A stretch of 63,069 bases of DNA, the filler included, from Reclinomonas americana ATCC 50394 (lineage: Eukaryota): assembly GCA_048213135.1 (NCBI GenBank). It is 3 parts of 3 records of this genome, joined end to end, with 100 filler letters (N's around TTAATTAATTAA, not from the genome) between each part and the next. Parts side by side here need not be neighbours in the genome. Positions count along the whole stretch, not along the records: positions 1 to 31,045 come from PS015225.1; 2 more parts are not named here. One strand, given 5' to 3'. Under the pieces are notes generated by a model. The model was not told the DNA's origin and did not search any database. It was given only the letters and a program-made list of their open reading frames with translations. Of the stretch, positions 1-11,070 are shown piece by piece. The position numbers and the translations under genes were made by a program. The stretch's first letter is position 1, and each line of letters starts with the position of its first letter.

Positions 1-1611
1 GGATCCAACAGCACCGCAAAATCACGTTCTCGACGACGGCCGGGCCGCGGTGGTGGACGTGAGGCCGGCAGCATGTCCGCCGACGACGAGGTCGCCGAGT
101 GTGAATCAGAGTCGGCCGACGGGCCTACAGGCGGCGGTGGTGGAACGAGAAGCGGCTGACCAAGTGGATGGTCATGCTGCGGCGTAAGCAACGGTTCGTG
201 GTCCAAGTGCTCCCCACCGCTGGCATCGCTGCGACAGGCAAGTGAGCGACGGGAGGGAAAGGGAGAACCATGAGATAGAGACGAAACTGCGGTGGTGGGA
301 TTGGTTCCGGCGCTGCTGCTGCTGCTGCTGCTGCTGTTGCTGCTGGCAGAATATTTGCATGCAGGTGCAGTGCACTGTTTGCGGCAATGCCGCAGTCAAC
401 CAGTCGTGCCGCGTCGTCCAGTGCCGTGCGTTGGAATTCAAGTCGCAGCTCATCGTCCCGAAGCAACTCCACTTCTCGACATACTCGTCGACACTCTGTG
501 GGCACACGCAAGAGTGAATACCTCGGCTGCCTCTATCGGAGCCATGTACAAAAATAATCCAGTACCTCGCTTCAGCTCGCTGACCGTGTTCCACGTATGG
601 CATTGCACTGTGACGACGATACAAAGTGAGCCATTCACCCCCAGTGATAAAGCAGGCGTGTGGATGAAACGATTCGACACACCAAAGTGCGCCACGTCGC
701 GAAACACGACCACCACAATGATGGCCTCGCGATGTCTTGCCGCGTACTCCGCATGATCGGCGGCCGCCGACACCACCGACGGCACCGTATGCACCTCGCG
801 CACATCCGCGTGGCTCACAGGCGGTGGGGGCAGAGGAGCCATCGGCAGCTCCGACATTGCAAACACGGCGTCGTCGGGCACCACTTCCTCTTCTTCTTCA
901 CCTGCCTCCAATGGTGGCGCCAGCTGCTCGGCGCTGCGCACGACCGGCAACACGAGCTTGCGCTTGCGGACCATCACAGCTGAGTTGTCTTGCAAGCCGC
1001 ACTCGTAGAGCGTGGAGTCACCGGGTCCGAGAACACGGCCTCGCGAAACAAGCTCCACGTAGTAGCCGTCCTCGACAGCGAACAGAGCAGCGACGACTGC
1101 GCGAAACTGTGTGATTCCTCTTGCTCACACACAGCCTCTCTCTCTCTCTCACGCACGGAACAACACAAAGAGAGGAAAGAGAGCGCAAGGAGGGAGGAAT
1201 CGTCCTCCCGCTCGTGACACGCGTGGAAGAATCATCGCAGTCTTGTCGAGACGGAAGAGAGAGGAAGCTCACCAGCGCACAAGTCGTCCACAGTGCACTC
1301 GAGATCACATTGCACTGTGTGTGTGGGGGGAAAAGATGAGAAGGAGACGACACACACATGGGAGCTCATGCACAACAATGATCACCATTCTCGACATGAT
1401 TGGCGAGACGGACACGAAGAGTGGCCTGTGTGCGACGCGCGTGGTGAGTGCATGCGCGGAAGACACGCAGTCAGTGGAGGGCACATACAGCACCATGCTT
1501 GCCCACGGCAAGAAAACGCCGGATTTCAATGTCGTCTGATTCGCGAAGTTGTCAGATGAGTGAGGTTCGAGGCGAGAAACGTGCGTAAACAAACGCTGCG
1601 ATGATGGCCAT
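1..1611 (-). CDS. Multi-exon protein with tandem ubiquitin-like domains (probably continues beyond the window's left edge)
   Basis: Spliced reading gives two Ubl-like units: QCDLECTVDDLCAVVAALFAVEDGYYVELVSRGRVLGPGDSTLYECGLQDNSAVMV and VQCHTWNTVSELKR...ELRLEFQRTALDDAARLVDCGIAANSALHL (ubiquitin-type L..C/YGI..NS.L motif). The start at 1611 is tentative. Confidence 0.6.
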
Positions 1612-1678
1612 ACACGCTTTACAGTTTACTTTACAACAACAATAACAACCACAACGCTCTGGCATTCGCGGCGCGCGA

Positions 1679-2308
1679 TCAACCATCGTCTCTCGCCGCA
1701 AAGTAATCCTCCAGCACTCTCATCGACTGCGATGCCGGTCGGAAGACGGCGGTTCCCCATTTTCCCTGCAGCTGACCGCGTGGCGGCGACTCGGATCCTC
1801 TCGCCTCTGTCGCTGCTGCTGCCACTGCTGCCTCATCGTCGTCAATCACCTCGTAATCGACTCGCTTCACCTCATCGGTGGCATGCGACGCCGCAATGTG
1901 CTCCTCCAACTCGCGCACCAACTGCTCCCCATCGCTCGGCACCTCCACGCGCACCAACTGGTACCCATCCTCCAGCTCCGTGATGATGATACGCACTGCG
2001 TCGCGCGCAGCCGCCTTGGTCACCCGATCGTCGACCTCATCATCATCATCATCCCTTCCCACCGTCGTCGTCGTCACCTCGCCATCAACAATCTCCACCA
2101 TCTCAAAGCCCTCTTCTTCTTCTTCGCCTCCTTCTCCTCCACCAGTCGTTGATGACGAAGAGCGTGAAAGGCCCAGAGAGCGCACGAGGAAGCCGCAGAG
2201 TCGCGAGGCACCATACAGAGTGCCACGCACGGCGTATCGCAGAACCACGTACGCGCCCGCCGCACTGCGTCGCAACACCACGCCACCCACAGACGAGATG
2301 GCGCTCAT
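1679..2308 (-). CDS. Hypothetical protein, 209 aa, basic/hydrophobic N-terminus and acidic middle
   Basis: Uninterrupted ATG-to-stop ORF with coding-like GC and acidic runs; no family recognised. Confidence 0.55.
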   Translation of the reverse strand: MSAISSVGGVVLRRSAAGAYVVLRYAVRGTLYGASRLCGFLVRSLGLSRSSSSTTGGGEGGEEEEEGFEMVEIVDGEVTTTTVGRDDDDDEVDDRVTKAAARDAVRIIITELEDGYQLVRVEVPSDGEQLVRELEEHIAASHATDEVKRVDYEVIDDDEAAVAAAATEARGSESPPRGQLQGKWGTAVFRPASQSMRVLEDYFAARDDG

Positions 2309-2694
2309 GAACGCGGAGCCTGTGGGGGAGAAGATGAATGATCAATAATAAGAGTCTGTTTCTGGTTCCACGCGCGCGCGCGTGTGTGTGTGCGCGCACG
2401 CCTCTCTTTCGCTCTGTATATAGCTCACATGCTCGATCACCACTCTGTCTGTGTGTGTGAGAGAGTGAGAGTGACGGTTTGCTCAACTTGACATCAACGC
2501 CAACGGTACTCGTATGTACACGGGCACAATCGGCAGCCGCCGCAGAATCTGTGCCGCCACTGTGTACGTTGCCGCTTGCCTACATAAGAACGACACGCCG
2601 AACATCCTTCAACGTTCACACACGCACACGAGTGAGCGAAGAACAAACACGACAAACCAAAGCGAGCATCATCGTCTGTCTCTCCACTCCAATC

Positions 2695-3594
2695 ATGATC
2701 CGCGAAGTGAAGTACGTTCGCCTACACGGCACTCGCAACACGTTTGTGCTGGTCGACGCTCGCCAGTGGGCCTCGCCAAGCAGCGTGGACGCGCTTGTAT
2801 CCTCGCCGGCCTCGGTCGATCTCATGCAACAAGCTGGGGGAGTCGACGGTCTGCTTGTGCTGTTGCCGGTGACAGTGAGCAGCAGTAGTCAGCGTGAAGC
2901 CACATGCCGTCTGCGCATCATCAACGCCGATGGAGGCGAGGCGGAGATGTGCGGCAATGGAGCACGATGTGTGGGGCGGTATCTCGGCGGTCGCACTGTG
3001 CTGGAGACACTGGCGGGCGAGGTGCTGGTGGAGGTGCGCGAGGACGGGCGCATAGCAGTGCGCATGCGGGAGCCGCACGTGGAAGACACGACAGAACGAG
3101 AGGAGACGTTTGTCGACATGGGAAATCCACACGTCGTGGTTCGCGTCGACTCGGAGCAGGCACTGGCACAGCTCGATGTGCCGCACGAGGGCCGCCTGGT
3201 GGAGCAGCGACCGCGGCATCAGCTCACGCGCGGAGTCAATGTACACTACGTGGTGGTCGTCGACGAGCACACCATGCGCGTGCGGCACTGGGAGCGCGGC
3301 GCTGGCGAGACCATGGCCTGCGGAACCGGAAGCATCGCCTCGGCCGCCGTCGGCATGCTGCGCTATGGCATGCACTCGCCAGTGCGCGTCTTGGTGCCTG
3401 GAGGCGAGCTGTGGGTCGAGTGGCAGCCGGGCTCCGGCTTTTCCGATCTTGTCGGCGACGCTGTGCTCGACGAGACAAGCGGCGATTTGGTGTATGCGCT
3501 CGAGGTGCCGGAAACAGAAGAGCCGCCATTGTTGTTGTCTGCAGACGTTGTAGCAGTAATAGCTCCAGCACAGCAAGCGGCAGTGAAGACGTAG
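2695..3594 (+). CDS. dapF: Diaminopimelate epimerase (intronless)
   Basis: Motifs LHGTRNTF (cf. MHGxGNDF), DGL, NADGGEAEMCGNGARC, DMGNPH, GVNV, WERGAGETMACGTG; both catalytic cysteines present. Confidence 0.92.
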   Translation: MIREVKYVRLHGTRNTFVLVDARQWASPSSVDALVSSPASVDLMQQAGGVDGLLVLLPVTVSSSSQREATCRLRIINADGGEAEMCGNGARCVGRYLGGRTVLETLAGEVLVEVREDGRIAVRMREPHVEDTTEREETFVDMGNPHVVVRVDSEQALAQLDVPHEGRLVEQRPRHQLTRGVNVHYVVVVDEHTMRVRHWERGAGETMACGTGSIASAAVGMLRYGMHSPVRVLVPGGELWVEWQPGSGFSDLVGDAVLDETSGDLVYALEVPETEEPPLLLSADVVAVIAPAQQAAVKT

Positions 3595-3650
3595 AGAGAG
3601 TGTCATGTGTCCTGTGCGCGCTCATCCCCGCGTCTGTCTTGTTTGCACGA

Positions 3651-5471
3651 ATGTGGTGGCTCGTGCGGAGGCTGTGGTGTGCGCCACACGCGGCCTCTGC
3701 ACTCGCCGGGGCCAGCGCAGTGGCGAGCGCGTCACTGATGAGCTCATCGTCATCTTCATCATCATGCGCAACAACAACAACAACACACGTAGAGAGACAG
3801 AGACACGAGGCACTTGCGCAGTGGTGGCGATGGCGAATGTGCTTACGAGCGCCTGCGCTGGCGTTTCTGAGTGCGGACGACGACACTGGGGGTGACAGTG
3901 TGAGGAATAGCAGTGCGTCTGACGCACAACATCATCAGCAGCATCATCCGCAGTCACGCGCATCTCGCGAGGAGAAGCGCTGGGAGGAGGATGAGAATGC
4001 CGCGGAGGATGATGATGGTGTGTGTCTTTGTGTCTTGTGTGTGCGCATCTCTCGCACATCACACAGAGTGATCTCAACAATGGATTCATTTTCCGTCAGT
4101 GTTGCTGATTCCACCGCGAACGACCACGCCGCCTCCGCCTCCGTCGCCCTCATTACCATCCTCGCCGTCGTCTTCATCTTCGCTTTCTCCTGCGGTGTCC
4201 ACGCGCCAGTCCGTGTTTACAGTGCCATTTGTGTCGTCTGGACTTCCGTGCCTGTACTCGCGTTTCGACAACGAGTTGGAGTCGAGCACTGGGCATGCGC
4301 GCTCGTCGTATGCGGCGGCCGCGCGTCGGTGGCGCTCCGAGAAGCGCGTGTTGTTTGACACGATTCGTGTGAGCCTGGTGGTCTTTATCGCCATGGTCTG
4401 CAAGTTGTACTTGCAAGTACTCAACGACACGCACTTTCACGGCTTGGAGAAGTTCTATCAGGCGCTGTATCATCGGCCAGAGGTGAGCGGTGTCTGCACG
4501 AGCAAGAAGAAAGCACAAGAGATGCAATCTCACGTTTTCTGATTTCTTGTTTTTCCCACAGGGACGCGGCTTGATCACTGTCAGCAACCACACGTCGTCG
4601 GTGGACGATCCAGCTGTGCTTGCGGCGCTCTCTCCGCTGCCGTACCTCATGGACTCGAAGCAGATCCGATGGGCCATGTGCGCCACCGATCGCTGTTTCA
4701 ACAAGTTGCGTGTGTGCTTCACGTCGGTGGGGTGTCTGTCTGGCTCATCCCTGGTGCGTGCGCAGGGGTGAGGCGCTGAGCAACTTGTTCCGCACGATCA
4801 AGGTGCTGCCGGTGGAGCGTGGCGCTGGACTTGAGCAAAAGGTTGGCACGCCCTGCCGAAGAATGTGTTGTTGCGCTCGCTGACCTTTATTGTTTTGGCT
4901 CCCGCAGTACATGTACCACGCCATCCACAAACTGGACAGTGGCGACTGGATTCACATCTTCCCCGAGGGCACTCGCCACCCAGACGGCCAGATGGGCTCC
5001 CTCAAGCCCGGTATTGGCAAGCTGATTCTCGGTGCCAAGATACCGCCAGTGGTGTTGCCCATCATTCACATCAACATGAACAAGGTGTGCATGTGTCAGC
5101 CGCCGCCACCGCTTCCTCCTGATGCCCCTCACCATTAGGTGTACTGCAGGTGATGCCCAAGGGCTCCAGCATTCCTGCCACTGGCAATCGAGTGACTATT
5201 GTCGTCGGCGATCCAATATACTTTGACGACGTGGTGGCCGAAATCAAGCACAAGGGCGAATCGTTGCGTTCCAACAATCGTGTGCCACCTCGGGAAAAAA
5301 TCGTGTCTCGATTGGCTCACTCGTGTTGCCGACAGTTTCCAACTGTACAACAAGATCATTGCGCGCCTGGCGCGGGAGATGAAAAAGTTGTACGAAATAG
5401 CCATGGAAAAACACCGCCTCTTTGAGCTGGGCCTTGACGACAGTGGTGGTCCCGTGCCTGCCGCCCCCTAG
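3651..5471 (+). CDS. TAZ: Tafazzin-family phospholipid (cardiolipin) transacylase, multi-exon
   Basis: GLITVSNHTSSVDDP (HxxxxD), IRWAMCATDRCF, KVLPVERGAGLEQ, WIHIFPEGT, LKPGIGKLI, PVVLPI; Arg/Ala/Ser-rich N-terminus consistent with mitochondrial targeting; GT-AG introns preserve the frame. Confidence 0.9.
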
Positions 5472-5884
5472 GTGATCCACCAATCCCAACTAGCTTCTAA
5501 TGTACATGCTGCTTGCAAGAAACATAAANNNNNNNNNNNNNNNNNNNNNNNNNNNNNNNNNNNNNNNNNNNNNNNNNNNNNNNNNNNNNNNNNNNNNNNN
5601 NNNNNNNNNNNNNNNNNNNNNNNNNNNNNNNNNNNNNNNNNNNNNNNNNNNNNNNNNNNNNNNNNNNNNNNNNNNNNNNNNNNNNNNNNNNNNNNNNNNN
5701 NNNNNNNNNNNNNNNNNNNNNNNNNNNNNNNNNNNNNNNNNNNNNNNNNNNNNNNNNNNNNNNNNNNNNNNNNNNNNNNNNNNNNNNNNNNNNNNNNNNN
5801 NNNNNNNNNNNNNNNNNNNNNNNNNNNNNNNNNNNNNNNNNNNNNNNNNNNNNNNNNNNNNNNNNNNNNNNNNNNNNNNNNNNN

Positions 5885-8800
5885 NCGTCTGCCGCTGCTG
5901 CAGCGGTGGGTGGTGCCGCTCCACTCGCCGCCGAGGCGGTGGCAGCGGATGAGGGAGACGAGGCGGACGTGTCAATGTGCGACGGCCGTCTGTGCGCGGA
6001 GAAGCAAGTGAGCAATGCGAACACCTGCAAAGAACGAAGAGGGATGAGCTCTCAGGCACGCACCGGACGGACGAGCTGCCGGTGCCAGCGTACGCCGAGA
6101 ACGAGACCGGCATGGACATGGCTGGCTTGGGCAAGTCGGGGATTTGCAGGCTCGTCAGCAGGTTGAGTTCGGGGTTGATGAAACGCTCGGTGCTGACGGC
6201 GCGTGCATTGCTACGCGGACGCGAGCGGGCGATATCTGGTGACGGCGCCCTGGCTGGCGTGGTGAAGAACACCGACGAGGGTTGCGTCGACGATGAATCG
6301 GTGGACGACAAGGCCGAGTCGGCCAGGGCGGACGTGAGGTCGGAGCTGCGTCGACGATGTGGATCCGCGGCGCCGCTGCCGGGTGGCGCGCGACCCGTCG
6401 ACGAACTGCGCTTGCGAGTGCCAGTGCCACTGCCTGCGCCGTTGCTGTGCAGCATCTGCAGCGCCGGAAGCACTGCGGCCGTCGACGATGTTCCCTGTGC
6501 TATGCTGCGGAACATGTTCAGCATGTGCATCCGAATGTCGTTCTGCAGCTCGCCCAGCAGGGTCGATGCAGTCAGCAGCGGTCCCGATCCGGCACTGTTC
6601 TGCTGCAGCAGCAGCGACAAGTCGAGACGGGCAGTGGCCGACGACGACTGCAACGACTCGATCGGGACGGGTGTCGCCGGCGCCTCGCCGCCGTCGGCCG
6701 ACGATGCCACACTCTTCGGACTCATGCTGTCGGTTTCCGACACGGAAATGCTGCCGGCGCGACTGTGCCGCCGTCGCAAGTGACGCCGGCTGGCCGCAAT
6801 AAGCACTGTCTCTGGGTCCACGGCGGGAGCGCTGAATGAACACACAGAGTGGATGAGTGAAGAGAAGAGAGAGGCGCCGAGGAGCGCAGAACAGAGAGAT
6901 TCAAAGAACCTCGGTGACTCGGCGCGCACAGGACGCGGTGGTGGACGGCGCGAGGCCGCGTCTGGTGGCGAGGTGGCAGAGAGGTGCAGTGGAGACTCCA
7001 GAGGTGGTGGCCGAGGTGGTGATGCCTCCAAGGCGGCCGCCGATAACACGGGTGACGACGACAGAGGAGCGGCATCGGTGACCGACGTGTCTTCCTCGGT
7101 CGTCAGCGACAGAGGCGACAGCATCCCGGCGGCCTCCATCGACGACTGCATCACCGGTGACGCTGGCTTCACAGATGGTGGCGAGTGGTGCGCAGCTGCA
7201 GGCGCACTTGACATCCCGTCTCCCTCTTCTGCATTCCTGTTCGGGGTCGTTGGTCTTGGCTGGTTGTCACTCGACGCGGCGGCGGCGGCGGCTGACTGCT
7301 CAGCAGCCTCGTTGCTAGCAGGCTCACTGGATTTCACCGGTGCTGGCGACTCCTCGTGCACCGCGGCGGCGTCGGCCGACTCCGTGGCGACCGCCTCCTG
7401 CGACTCCTCCTGCACGGTGACCTGCTCGAGCGACGGACGGCGGCGTGCGTTAAAGTTGAGCCGACTTTCGCGAGCGGACAGGAAGGTGGCCGCTTGCGAC
7501 GGCATCAAATGTTGCAGCATGGGAATGAGGCTCATGTCTGCATGCACCGAGAGTGAGACACATGTGCTATCACCGGTACTTTAACGGAAGTGCGCAACTG
7601 TGTGGATCGCCCAGCCACGACGCCGCAAAGTCCAAGTGCGGGCAATCGAAGAGTCTAAAGAACTCCTCCTCGTTGTTGTTCAAGATGCGGCACAACTGAT
7701 CGTCAATCGCCTCTAACCGGTCGTCGGCCGCCTGTCGCATAGTGACCAATTGCTGCTCAAGCTCTTGATACTGCGCGTTCGTGTGAGCACAGGGAAAGAG
7801 AGAGAGACAAGCTGCGGAGCCTCCACGTGCATCGCTCACCATGTCCAGTGGCATCTTCTTCAGGTCGTAGACCTCCTTGAATTGCAGATACTCGTTCTCG
7901 GCCGCCGCCAGTTCCTCGGCCAGATCGGGGCGAGGGGTGACGCACGCGTCCAGATTGGCACGCAGGGTGGCAATCTGCTCCTCGAACAATTCCGTGTGCG
8001 ACAGGAGCGGGGCCAGCAGCACTTGCAGATCCTCCACCACGATATCCATGAGCAGGAAGAGACAGCAGGTGCGCAGCAGCTTCTTCCGCTCGTCCACCAG
8101 TGCAATTGGTGACGAGAGACCTGCGACGAAGAGATGAGGACAACAAGATCGGTGACATCGCGCCAGCAGCCGGAAAAAGCACAATGACCTTGCGCGTGGA
8201 ACTGTGCCTGCATGACTTCTTGTGCGGACTTGAGCGTCAAGAACCAGTTCGTCGCCTCGCCAAGCTCGTCAAACACAAAATGTACACGTTCCCGAATGAA
8301 GCTGGCGCGGAAACTGAAAGCATTGGTCTTGTCGCTCTGTGCCGCCTTTTGGCCCGGCAGCAAGGCGGGAAGTGGCACGGATTGGACCTGGGCGATAAAA
8401 GGCGTATGACGAGTGAGTGAGGGGAGAAGAGGGGAGGAGGAGCGAGAGGAGCGAGAGGAGCGCACCTGGGAGTCAATCAAGTTCAAAAAGCCCAGGTAAT
8501 AAATCTGCGTCAAAAACAGCTTGCCGCGGTTCTGCGTATCGAGAGCCACCACCAACAGGTCGCTCATCATCAACACCGTGTAAAGACCGTCGACCAAGCC
8601 CGGCGGCTCACTCCGCATGCGCATTCGCTCGCCGTCAATCAAAATGTGCCGACCCGGCGACGCCAGCGCATCAAACTCCTCACTCATAAACTTGCGCTTG
8701 TAGGCCGAAAACTTTTGGTGGGTCTCGGCCTCGCGCTTCTTCTCGTTCAACAAAATGGTGACCTGTGTCGCGACCGATGGTGAGCACATCAACTTTTGCC

Positions 8801-9724
8801 TGCCCGGAACAATACCACTTCCACCACTCCACCTCTTCCAGCACTTTAAGCGCCTGCTTGACGTGCACAAAGTCGACGTACGCATCGGGAGTGTTGCGTA
8901 GCAAATCCTTCAGCAGCATCACATAACGCGGGATGCGCTGCACGGGCAGGATGAGCATGGAGGTCAGGTCGCGACCACGCATGCCGTCCGTCCTTTCGGC
9001 CTCCTTCACAAACGTGCGGAACGTGGCCTTTTTCGACTCCATCAACGACGTCAGCAGCTGCGACGCCTCGTCGTAGTTGTTAATGTACGTCGAGTACACG
9101 CGCAGTGACGGCGCCAGTTCCACAAACAGCTCGCCAATCGGTGTCGCCGAGCCCTTTTGCACGGCCTCGGTGTGCACCGTGTCGAGTGAGCGCAGGAATC
9201 GCCGATGAACCTCGCACAAGTCCATGACTGTGTGAACAGTGAGCGCCCAGCAGCAGCAGCAGCAGCAGCACCAGACGATTGAGAGCGAAAAAACCATTGG
9301 AAAAGAGTGTGGAGCATTGCTCCTCCGTGATGATCTGCTTCCGTGATCCCGCACGCGAGGCCAGCGGCTTGGCAAACGCCTAGCGAGAGATGACAGTGAG
9401 TGCTTGAGGAAGTGAGGAAGAGAGAAGAGGAGTGATCGCTCACACACACCTCCACAATCAGCTGCAGATCACTCTGATACGTGCGCTCAGTGGAGATGAT
9501 CTCCTTGACGATCCAGTGCCGTCGCGCAACCAACTTGCCCGTCGGTGACGAGCGGAACTGAGTGGCTGCGAGGGACACACACACACACTCAGTCACAACC
9601 CGGCACTTTCATCGATATGTGTGTGTTTTGATCATCACTCACCAAGCTCGCGAGCCTTCTTGCGCAACAGCAGAACATGTCGCGACCAGCGCGTCAGCAC
9701 GTCCAGTGCAGTATCCTCGTTCAT
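5885..9724 (-). CDS. RhoGEF (DH-PH) protein with coiled-coil and Ser/Pro-rich C-terminal region; 3' end lost in gap
   Basis: RHWIVKEIISTERTYQSDL, IGELFVELAPSLRVYSTYINNY, LTSMLILPVQRIPRYVMLLKDLLRNTP (DH domain); SPGRHILIDG...VLMMSDLLVVA...EATNWFLTL (PH domain). First exon MNEDTALDVL... Confidence 0.88.
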
Positions 9725-9978
9725 CTCGCTCGATATCACGCGCGCGAGAGAGAGCTGCTCGACTGCGATGGAGAGAGCAAGAGAGGGCCCTCAGATATTT
9801 CCGGCTACAGTCGAAAATGCGACTCAGGGGAGACGCAGTGCGTGAGTGTGCGTATGCGTGCGCTGTCTATGTCGTGGAGTGACGAGCGCGCGTGAGTGAG
9901 TGTGACAAGGCGGACGATGGATGATCGCGCCGGACCAACGGAATGGAGTGTGAAACCTTATTATCTACTCGGCAAAGA

Positions 9979-10908
9979 ATGTCACATCGACGCAAGCATC
10001 TGGAGATGGTGGAGGACAACGTGGTGGTCGATGAGCGGCGCGTGGTGGTGCAGGTGTGCTGGGCGCGCGCGCGCGTGCTCTATGTGCACATTCACATCAC
10101 TGACCTCACACGCACTCTCCTCGTCAGGTGTTGAGCTTGCGTGGCACCAACCAAGTGGAGGTGCGGCTTCCTCCTCCTCCTCCAGCACCAACATCATCGG
10201 AAGCAGCGGGAGATGAGAGTGGCAGTGTCAGAAGTGAGTCATTTCTGGTCATGTTTCCGGCCAAGTTCCGCAAGCTGATGTGGATCAAGCGAGGTAACCA
10301 GCAAGCACGCAAGCAAGACAGCGAAAGCGAGAGGTTGTCTTGCTTAATCTGTGAGAATGCGCGCGTGCAGGGTCGTATTTGGTGGTCGACATGGGTGGTG
10401 CGTCGGCAGAGGAGATTGGCGACGTCAAGCTGCGCGGTGTGGTGACGCACGTGCTGCGCGAGCCGCAGATTAGGGAGCTGAAGAAGAGTGGATTGTGGTT
10501 GCGTCCAAGCCGTGATCTCTGTGCATGACAGTGTGCGAGTTGGTGACTGAGGAGACCAAATGCAGGCCTGCGGCGTTTGAGGAGGCTGCGAGGAGGGCAC
10601 CGGGTGCTGCTGCGGGCTCTGCTTCTGCTGCTGCTTCAGCTGGTGATGAAGGCGAAGGTGGCGAAGACGACGATGAAGAAGAACGAGAGGCAGAAGGAAG
10701 CAGTGACAGTGACGACGACGATGACGACGATGACGATGACGAGGTGCACGGCCGACGAGGAAGGAGGCAACCTGTGGCCTTTGATCAGGACGAGGTTGCC
10801 AAGGCGACGGGAGCAGCGGCCGGAGAGGAGGAGGATGATGATGCATGGCGAAGAGCCGTATCAGCCGCCTCGCGCGTTGAACGCGATCCAGAAGACGAGT
10901 GGTTCTAA
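9979..10908 (+). CDS. EIF1AD: eIF1A-domain (OB-fold) RNA-binding protein with acidic tail
   Basis: MSHRRKH...VVQVLSLRGTNQVEV...FLVMFPAKFRKLMWIKRG SYLVVD...HVLREPQIRELKKSGLWPAAF follows the EIF1AD pattern (FLVSMPSKYRKNIWIKRG...WPEAF). Confidence 0.88.
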
Positions 10909-11070
10909 TGCACGCGAGTGAAGAAGGGCGCCACACGAAACACGAGCTGACGAGAGAGACAAGTCTAGTCGGTTGGCGCGAAATCTTCCGATCGTCCTGT
11001 GTCCGGTCGGTGAGAGTCGCCGCACCAACGCGCCTCCCAATCACGCTTTTCTTTGTTGTCTCTTTCGAGA

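Noticed and set aside
305-350. Poly-Cys/poly-Gln/poly-Leu ORFs from the (CTG)n repeat
   Set aside because: Alternative frames of a triplet repeat that encodes poly-Ala in the linker of the Ubl gene.
2904-4358. 484-aa ORF overlapping dapF
   Set aside because: The 5' part is a GC-rich shadow frame of dapF; only the part from 3651 to ~4017 is used, as tafazzin exon 1.
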